A stretch of 64,000 bases of DNA from Poseidonia sp. (GTDB taxonomy: Archaea > Thermoplasmatota > Poseidoniia > Poseidoniales > Poseidoniaceae): the NCBI GenBank assembly GCA_030829545.1, contig JAURAI010000004.1, forward strand, positions 63,433 to 127,432, given 5' to 3'. Below, in pieces: positions 18,546 through 24,882 of the stretch. A program made the translations under genes and the position numbers. The notes beneath the pieces were generated by a model that made no database searches, was not told the origin of the DNA, and saw only the letters and a program-made list of their open reading frames with translations. Within the stretch, counting starts at the first letter, position 1; every line of letters starts with the position of its first letter.

Positions 18546-20072
18546 TCAAAATTCTGGAAGGGGGCGTGCTGCCCACTTTCTTGCCCCTTCCAATCGCTTG
18601 TTCTTCTTGCGGTAGTGGCTGCTATTTCGGCGTTTAACAACCGTTCTTAGCACGCGGGATTCAATGACGACTCCTTCCTCATCGCGGAGGATCACTTGCA
18701 CGTATCGGTCGCCTTGTTCTTTCTCCGGCCAGGCTACACCCAGCCACAATACGACGCCTTGTTGCAAGTAACGAGGGACCCAATCAAGTGCGTCATCTTC
18801 TCCCGCAGTGTAGAGTTCAACGGCTTGACGGGGGGGCGGGCAGGCTTTGAGTTCAAAGCGATGGTCGCGGGCAAAGGGCTCACCTCCCGGGCATACAACC
18901 TCGATGCGGGCGACGGTCTGTTTGAAGGTCTGATTGTTGAGGGCAATGAAGAGATGGCCCGTTCCTTCATCGCATTGCGGGTCAAGGGCCACATCCATTC
19001 GCCATGGCTCGCGAATCATCATCGGTGAACCCGAAAGCAAATCCAATTGAAGGCGTTCGAGAAGACGGAATGCGCTTGGCTGCCACACCCGTGCATGAGC
19101 AAGGAGGCGTTGCAGAGAACGCCAGTTGAATTTTGCTTCAGGATTGAGAAGGACATCACCCATTGCATCGGGGCGGATAAACTCGCTCAATTCTCCGTGT
19201 GCAATTGAATCACTGAGGTCGCCTTTCGCATGGAGATGCAAAATGTAGAGGACCCGCTCCCATGACTGGTCTTTATCGTAGCCAGGGAGAATACTGTCGC
19301 GGAAATCGTTCAGCCAAGTGAGCCAATCAAGATACAGGTCGGGGTCGAGGTGGAGGACAATGAGTTCCCCGAGAATCGACCCCAACTGTGTGGGGTGATG
19401 TGTGGGCGAATGATGAACCAAGCAAGGCATCAAATCGCCTTGCTGGCGTACGGAATCATAGGTAAAGTAGGCGTGGAAGGTATGGGCAAGACCCAACGTC
19501 ATTGAAACTAGAAATGACAGGCTCCAAACAATGGATTCCTCGGTGATCACCGTTCCAAGTCCGAGCAGAAAAATTGAACTGAGTGCCAAGAGAGTGTTCA
19601 CCGAATTATGACGGCGCACATCGGTAAGACCTTCGAGAATACGGTCCATTCCGGGCTGTGATCGCAGGGATAATTTCCCACCTGTAGCCTCCCCGTCAAT
19701 TTCTCTCAACGAGATACGGGCTTGGATGGACTGCCACATCGCTTCACCAGCCATCAAAGCAGGTACAGTAGCAAGCAAGAAGGGTATCCCTCCAAACAAG
19801 AGAACATATCCTGGGTTCGGTGGAGCGTATTCAGGCAACAACACCGAAATCAGTGCGGTAACGGCAACAATGCTGCCAAAACAAAGGCGTAAGCCCAAGA
19901 GAAAGGGGTTTCTGGCGAGCGTTCCAAACCGAAGGCGGAGGCGCTCTTGCTGCAGCCACTTTTCAGTCGTGCGCTCGAGGGGGTCCTCTGTACGGGCAAA
20001 CCCATGTCCGTAGGGATCGGGCAAGGCACTGAGAGCGTCGCCTTCGTCTTCCGTACTCATGGCTTGTCCCAT
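18546..20072 (-). CDS. Hypothetical membrane protein (about four TM segments, large soluble C-terminal region)
   Basis: Long ORF; start moved to ATG 20072 because the upstream part overlaps tRNA-Arg. Confidence 0.75.
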   Translation of the reverse strand: MGQAMSTEDEGDALSALPDPYGHGFARTEDPLERTTEKWLQQERLRLRFGTLARNPFLLGLRLCFGSIVAVTALISVLLPEYAPPNPGYVLLFGGIPFLLATVPALMAGEAMWQSIQARISLREIDGEATGGKLSLRSQPGMDRILEGLTDVRRHNSVNTLLALSSIFLLGLGTVITEESIVWSLSFLVSMTLGLAHTFHAYFTYDSVRQQGDLMPCLVHHSPTHHPTQLGSILGELIVLHLDPDLYLDWLTWLNDFRDSILPGYDKDQSWERVLYILHLHAKGDLSDSIAHGELSEFIRPDAMGDVLLNPEAKFNWRSLQRLLAHARVWQPSAFRLLERLQLDLLSGSPMMIREPWRMDVALDPQCDEGTGHLFIALNNQTFKQTVARIEVVCPGGEPFARDHRFELKACPPPRQAVELYTAGEDDALDWVPRYLQQGVVLWLGVAWPEKEQGDRYVQVILRDEEGVVIESRVLRTVVKRRNSSHYRKKNKRLEGARKWAARPLPEF

Positions 20073-20113
20073 TGAGGCGTGTGCGCCCTTCAATATGGCT
20101 CTTATCCAAAAAA

Positions 20114-20190
20114 TGGCGGGCGCGGCAGGATTCGAACCCGCGATCTCCGGCTTAGGAGGCCGGTGCATTATCCAGCTGTGCTACACGCCC
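20114..20190 (-). tRNA. tRNA-Arg(CCT)
   Basis: Minus strand reads GGGCGTG...CCGGC-CTCCTAA-GCCGG...GGTTCGAATCC..CGCGCCC-G-CCA: cloverleaf with encoded CCA. Confidence 0.95.
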
Positions 20191-20222
20191 AATGTTGGCT
20201 GCTCGCCACTTGGTGAAGATGC

Positions 20223-21368
20223 TTACGATTGGTGTGCCTTTGATGCAGCACCAATTTCAGCAACTTGGTGGAAGAATTCTTCCAATTGAATCCGTTGCTG
20301 AGCCGATCGTTGGAGGGCTGTATCGCAGGTCGAAAGAGCATTCAAGAGTGAAGCAAGAAGTTCATCATCGTAATGGGAACGTCCTGCTGTGAGGAATTGG
20401 TGCAGTCGGTCCAAGACGCCTCGGGCGTCCAAGTCATGGGTTGCCATCAATTGGTCAAGAGCCCCCATCGCACCCTTGAGAACACGGCTGCTCTTCTCGC
20501 CTTGGCGCTCCCATTTCCAATCATGAACTCGTCCACGTAAGGCTTCTTCCAAAACAAGTTGAACCTCTCGAAGGCTGCTATTTGACATGAGGGTCTGGAC
20601 GTTGCGCCGGTCGTTGAGGAGATTGCGTTGGGCGAGTAGTTGAAGCATGAAAATCGCCTTTCGAAGATTGCCGTTTGCAACGTGTGCGACATCGCCAACG
20701 ATACCGAGGGTCGATGCTTGCTCCTCACGTTCGAGGATAAGTTCCAACCGTTGTTCAATCATGAGACGTGTGAGGGTGGGCATACGGATGTGTTGGGTTC
20801 TGCTCCTCATGGCTTCAATCATACGAGAGGGGGTGTGTGTCGTGAAAATAAAGCGGGCACTGCGGCTGCTTTCTTCCATCATTCGCCGAAGGTAGGATTG
20901 TCGTGCATGACCGAGATAATCAGCATCCTCGATCACAATGATTCTCGATACGGGGAAAAATTGGCTGCCATCGCCGCCCGATGACTCCTCTCCCGCTGGT
21001 GCTGGTGAGTCGTCAGCGGATGAACTGATGTTGTGGTCAAAGGCATCCAGACTGGTGCGCCCGGCAAGCGTATCGTCAGAACCGCTTCCTTCTGGGCGTA
21101 GGAAGGCTTCGAATTTTGACATGGCACCGGCTGTTTTGGCCAAGTCACGTGCCTGAAGCACATGTGTTGTTGCTCGCCATGAAGGGCCGAGAACCTGGCG
21201 GCAAACAAGTTGGTAGGCAGCGGTTTTACCACATCCAGTAGGCCCAGAAAGGAGAAGATGCGGAGGGTTGGATTGAAGCGAAAGTTGCCGAAGGGCAGCA
21301 ATCACGGATGGAGATGTAACCAAATCGTCAAACAAAAGTGGCTTATGCTTCTCAAGCCACATCGTCAT
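20223..21368 (-). CDS. Divergent replication factor C small-subunit-like AAA+ protein
   Basis: WLEKHKP, PHLLLSGPTGCGKT, IIVIEDAD, Q.YLRRMMEE, RSRT, GNLRKAI..LQ, RIQLE. Confidence 0.8.
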   Translation of the reverse strand: MTMWLEKHKPLLFDDLVTSPSVIAALRQLSLQSNPPHLLLSGPTGCGKTAAYQLVCRQVLGPSWRATTHVLQARDLAKTAGAMSKFEAFLRPEGSGSDDTLAGRTSLDAFDHNISSSADDSPAPAGEESSGGDGSQFFPVSRIIVIEDADYLGHARQSYLRRMMEESSRSARFIFTTHTPSRMIEAMRSRTQHIRMPTLTRLMIEQRLELILEREEQASTLGIVGDVAHVANGNLRKAIFMLQLLAQRNLLNDRRNVQTLMSNSSLREVQLVLEEALRGRVHDWKWERQGEKSSRVLKGAMGALDQLMATHDLDARGVLDRLHQFLTAGRSHYDDELLASLLNALSTCDTALQRSAQQRIQLEEFFHQVAEIGAASKAHQS

Positions 21369-21419
21369 GATGTGTGAGTAGAGACCATGGTCTTTGAACT
21401 CTGCGAAGTGATGAAGTCA

Positions 21420-21569
21420 TCACTCTGCGTTGAGACGCTTGGTGCCGTGGCGGCGTAGCTTCATGAAGATACGAGATCCGCATCCTTTGCAACTGATTCC
21501 GTTTCGCTCACGGTGGAATGATTCGAGGCTACCGCAGTCAGCGCATTTGTAATCGACGAGTTCAACCAT
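21420..21569 (-). CDS. rpoP: DNA-directed RNA polymerase subunit Rpo12 (RpoP)
   Basis: YKCADCG...ISCKGCGSRIFMKLR zinc ribbon; 49 aa. Confidence 0.92.
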   Translation of the reverse strand: MVELVDYKCADCGSLESFHRERNGISCKGCGSRIFMKLRRHGTKRLNAE

Positions 21570-21616
21570 ATGTATCTCTCCGTGCCACGCGACCGTGCAT
21601 CCCGTTTTGAACCTGT

Positions 21617-21829
21617 TCATTGCGAAGAACGCCGTAATAAGGCATCAAAGGTTGCGGCAGAAAGCACGACAACTTCTCCATCTGAAAAAAGTTCGATGAT
21701 CTTCATCACAAGTTCTTTCTCCGTACGTTCGTGGAACGTTATCAATTCATGAGGAGCGTAACCTCCCTCAAGATTCGAAATGAACACGTCCTCTTCTTGA
21801 GGTGTCCAATGAGGGGCTGTCGGTGGCAT
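21617..21829 (-). CDS. Small hypothetical protein with Myb/SANT-like HTH signature
   Basis: WTPQEE..F......G....E....HERT...L; start overlaps the upstream stop (TGATG). Confidence 0.65.
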   Translation of the reverse strand: MPPTAPHWTPQEEDVFISNLEGGYAPHELITFHERTEKELVMKIIELFSDGEVVVLSAATFDALLRRSSQ

Positions 21830-22263
21830 CAGCAGTACAGGCCGCCAACGAGTCCTGGCATCATGCGGATTCGGCTGCCTTCTTCGAGGTTCATGTCGGC
21901 AATGTCAGCTGCGCTGACAAGTTGGTCGTTCACGAACACCCAAGCGCTGTTGTCGCTGGTTGCCTTGGAGGCAATTTCTGCTTGCGTCATGACCACTTCG
22001 CTGTGGCCGGTGCTGTCAGCGGTTTGCACAACAAAGGTTGGGGCGTCGTTGCCGCCAACGAGTCCTGGCATCATGCGGATTCGGCTGCCTTCTTCGAGGT
22101 TCATGTCGGCAATGTCAGCTGCGCTGACAAGTTGGTCGTTCACGAACACCCAAGCGCTGTTGTCGCTGGTTGCCTTGGAGGCAATTTCATCTTGGTTCAT
22201 CTGCACAACTGAGTGTCCAGATTGGTCTGCTACTTCTACGTTAAACAATGTTTTCTTATCCAT
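21829..22263 (-). CDS. Tandem di-ubiquitin-like (beta-grasp, ThiS/MoaD/SAMP-like) protein, 144 aa
   Basis: Two ~70-aa units, each with VFVND...L.EG.RIRMMPGLVGG; terminal LYC after the second GG; SD-like GAAGTGA upstream of ATG 22263. Confidence 0.82.
   Translation of the reverse strand: MDKKTLFNVEVADQSGHSVVQMNQDEIASKATSDNSAWVFVNDQLVSAADIADMNLEEGSRIRMMPGLVGGNDAPTFVVQTADSTGHSEVVMTQAEIASKATSDNSAWVFVNDQLVSAADIADMNLEEGSRIRMMPGLVGGLYC
21841..22188. repeat. 138-bp identical direct repeat (21841-21978 and 22051-22188), period 210 bp
   Basis: Base-for-base identity read directly from the sequence; covers the 46 C-terminal codons of each Ubl unit. Confidence 0.95.
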
Positions 22264-22298
22264 GTTATTCACTTCTGCAAGGCTTACAAGCCCAGTCC

Positions 22299-22306
22299 AT
22301 ATAAAC
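22299..22306 (-). promoter_or_regulatory. Candidate TATA box (TTTATATG) of the di-Ubl gene
   Basis: TTTATA lies about 37 nt upstream of ATG 22263 in an AT-rich intergenic region. Confidence 0.6.
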
Positions 22307-22410
22307 AATGCAAACACCCTGAACCGGTTGGATTCGGGAAGAAAAATTGTTCATCAGCACGGGCACACTCACCTTGGGAAAGTGAGAGTGTGTTGAGGTC
22401 TTTTAAAGAA

Positions 22411-23835
22411 TCAAATTTTCAGGTCGGCTTGACGAGTTAGAAGATGGATTTGCATGCTATGCTCAAGCATGGCGGCGTTGGCCCAGGCTTGGTCGAAATC
22501 CGCGCCAACGGCATAGGCACCATTACCACGAACAACAACGCAACGCATACCGCCTTGTTGGAGTGCTTCTGCAACATGTCGAAGGTACTCTTCGGGTTGT
22601 TCAGTATCGGGGTCGACGATGATAATTTTCCCAATGTGCTGTTTCCCCATGTCGTCAATCGGCGTTACGATGATGAGATCCTTTTCGCAACTCGCCGCAG
22701 TTGTATGAACGCCGTGCATGTGGATAACGGCGGCAGGGCCGCCAGTGACCATGGCCACCGAAGCAAGGACAACTTCAAGGACGTGCCAGTCTGAAGGCGC
22801 ACCTCGAGGCGAGGCCCCTCCAAAATGACCAGCACAGAGGCTTCGCTCATTCATGCGAGGGAGGGGGGTCATGTGGCGGCTTGCAATCATAATTCCTGGT
22901 TGTTCAGGATGCACCATGGCAACGCTGCCCATGGTAGCGCGCACGAGATGCTCCCGGTCCAATTGACGGCCAATTCGAACGAAATCACCAACAACGTAGG
23001 GGGGTACAACGATGTTTTCTTGCACCATCGGAGGCATCGGAGGCTCTTCCATTTGCTCAATCACTTCAGTTGCCCCAACAACAGATTGGCGCAGTCGTGC
23101 GTTTTCCATGTGCAAACGTTCCAATTCCGCTTCCTTTTGTGCAAGGACTTCCTCTGCAGACGGGAGGCCTTCTGCTGAATCTTCTTCGGGCTCTGACTCA
23201 GAAGCGATCTCGGGAACGGTTTCGGGCTCGTCGAGGACTTCAGGCACTGGCTCCACTACAGAAGCTGGTTCGGGGGCTGGCTCAGAGTCAGTCGGAGAGG
23301 TGGGTTCTGCTTCAACCACTGCTTCAGGTGCTGCTTCAGAAACTGGAACTTCTGGTTCTTCCACTGCAGGAGGCGCCTCGTCAACCGGCGTAAGGGCGGC
23401 CTCTGTCGGGACTTGGTCGGCTACTTCTTCGGATGGTTCCGATTCTGGCGGACCGGATGGTGGGCCTGATGGTGGGCCTGATGGTGGGCCTGATGGTGGG
23501 CCTGATGGTGGGCCTGATGGTGGACCCGAGGGTGGGCCTGATGGAGGACCTGAAGACGGACCAGATGGAGGTCCCGTTGGTGGACCTGAGGGTGGTCCGG
23601 AAGGGGTAGGTGGAGTTACTTCTTCTGTTGCTCCGTCAGCAATGGACTCGGAAGGCGGGGCGGTTTCTTCTCCAGTTTCTTGAGCTTCATCGACCTCTGC
23701 TGCCGGTTTTTCCAGAACTTCAATGTCCCCAAAGGCGCCGCCAAGCATGTTGTCGAGCTGTGCATTTTCTGCCTCTTCACGTGCAATTTCGGCTGATGTT
23801 TTTGGTTTCGCCATGGTGGCACCCATTTCACCCAC
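22411..23835 (-). CDS. Pro/Glu-rich disordered N-terminus, short coiled coil, C-terminal class II aldolase/adducin-like domain
   Basis: C-terminal GSVA, PSD, VIHMHGVH, VVVRGNGAYAVG, A..LEHS. The exact start is uncertain (23814 is an alternative). Confidence 0.78.
   Translation of the reverse strand: MGEMGATMAKPKTSAEIAREEAENAQLDNMLGGAFGDIEVLEKPAAEVDEAQETGEETAPPSESIADGATEEVTPPTPSGPPSGPPTGPPSGPSSGPPSGPPSGPPSGPPSGPPSGPPSGPPSGPPSGPPESEPSEEVADQVPTEAALTPVDEAPPAVEEPEVPVSEAAPEAVVEAEPTSPTDSEPAPEPASVVEPVPEVLDEPETVPEIASESEPEEDSAEGLPSAEEVLAQKEAELERLHMENARLRQSVVGATEVIEQMEEPPMPPMVQENIVVPPYVVGDFVRIGRQLDREHLVRATMGSVAMVHPEQPGIMIASRHMTPLPRMNERSLCAGHFGGASPRGAPSDWHVLEVVLASVAMVTGGPAAVIHMHGVHTTAASCEKDLIIVTPIDDMGKQHIGKIIIVDPDTEQPEEYLRHVAEALQQGGMRCVVVRGNGAYAVGADFDQAWANAAMLEHSMQIHLLTRQADLKI
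23446..23601. repeat. 12-bp coding tandem repeat, 13 SGPP-like units
   Basis: Five perfect GATGGTGGGCCT copies at 23456-23515, flanked by degenerate copies. Confidence 0.93.
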
Positions 23836-23845
23836 ATGGCGCGGC

Positions 23846-23852
23846 TTAAATA
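23846..23852 (+). promoter_or_regulatory. Candidate TATA box (TTAAATA) of tRNA-Asp
   Basis: Located about 29 nt upstream of the tRNA 5' end. Confidence 0.6.
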
Positions 23853-23880
23853 GCGGTTGCGTCCCCGCAAGACTGAAACT

Positions 23881-23955
23881 GCCCGCTTGGTGTAGAGGTT
23901 ATCATGCAGGATTGTCATTCCTGCGACCCGGGTTCAATTCCCGGAGTGGGCGCCA
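23881..23955 (+). tRNA. tRNA-Asp(GTC)
   Basis: GCCCGCT acceptor pairs with AGTGGGC; CAGGA-TTGTCAT-TCCTG anticodon arm; GGTTCAATTCC T arm; G discriminator plus CCA. Confidence 0.95.
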
Positions 23956-23958
23956 CCT

Positions 23959-24882
23959 TTACTCATCTTCTTCGTTGATGTTAGGGGTGTTTTTTCCGAT
24001 TGATAAAGCAGGCAATAGGTACCACATGAACGGCAAAAGAAGGAGTGCGTTGAGGTTTTTTCCTAACTCAATCTCAAATGTAGACTCAAAGGCGATGAAT
24101 GAATTCGCATCTTTACTTCCGTTTGCGGGAACCTGTTGAGCGACCGAGGTCCGGTTGTTTGGCTCAACCAATCCCAGATCATAACCCGAAAAATCGGCCT
24201 CTAGTTGGACTCCCAACCAAATCAATGAGAAGTCCGAGGAGGCGTTGGTATGCACGAAGGAAACCGTCTCAATGTTTGCCCCCGGGGTGTTGGTAGCCGT
24301 AGAATCCTCTTCGTCATCGCCGCCACCGCTCAACTCCAACATGTAGCAGGCTGGGAAAACAACCGAAAACGCGACCAGCGTGCACAGGAAGGCCAACGAA
24401 CGAACGTGATGACGCCAGACAAAGGACGACAACATCAGCACCTCGCTAAGAACGAGAAAGACCAATCCGAATTTGATCGATTGTCGGCCAATGGAGAGCC
24501 ATGCTCGGTCTTCATCCCTTCCTTGCTCGTCTTCGGCCTCCGATTCATCACCGCTGCCTGACTCATCTGGAGGCGTCGTATCGTTCACTGGAACCGATGC
24601 GTCGCTGTCTCGTTCAAGCGCATAGAAGAAAAAAGCCGTAGCCTGTTTGATCTCTACGTCGATAATGGTTTGATCTTTATCGATTGCAATCAATGAGTGC
24701 GCCTCGGTTGGAGCGGGTTTGCCTTCGGTGTAGACACCTTCAGCTGTGGCCACCAGCCAAGCGGAGATGAACACGTGAATTGCCAAGAGGACGGTCACGG
24801 ACAAACGGATGATGCCAAAGGCACGGTGAGGAGATGGCCGTGGCAACACGACTGCCCCTCTCCGTTCTTCCTTTTGATTCAC
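23959..24882 (-). CDS. Hypothetical membrane protein (about four TM segments, acidic loops)
   Basis: 307-aa ORF; ATGA overlap with the upstream surface-protein gene. Confidence 0.75.
   Translation of the reverse strand: MNQKEERRGAVVLPRPSPHRAFGIIRLSVTVLLAIHVFISAWLVATAEGVYTEGKPAPTEAHSLIAIDKDQTIIDVEIKQATAFFFYALERDSDASVPVNDTTPPDESGSGDESEAEDEQGRDEDRAWLSIGRQSIKFGLVFLVLSEVLMLSSFVWRHHVRSLAFLCTLVAFSVVFPACYMLELSGGGDDEEDSTATNTPGANIETVSFVHTNASSDFSLIWLGVQLEADFSGYDLGLVEPNNRTSVAQQVPANGSKDANSFIAFESTFEIELGKNLNALLLLPFMWYLLPALSIGKNTPNINEEDE

Noticed and set aside
20073..20168. N-terminal extension of ORF 18546-20168
   Set aside because: It overlaps tRNA-Arg; the true start is more plausibly 20072 or 20060.
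20260..20300. PIP box in the RFC-like C-terminus (QRIQLEEFF)
   Set aside because: Spacing does not fit QxxL, and it aligns with the ordinary RFC-S RIQLE helix.
23446..23601. Short tandem repeats resembling a CRISPR or collagen-like array
   Set aside because: 12-bp units with no spacers, in frame as SGPP; period of four residues, not Gly-X-Y; no cas genes.
20114..23955. Segment between two tRNAs as an integrated element
   Set aside because: It contains core rpoP and an RFC-like gene; no integrase and no duplicated tRNA 3' end (att) seen.
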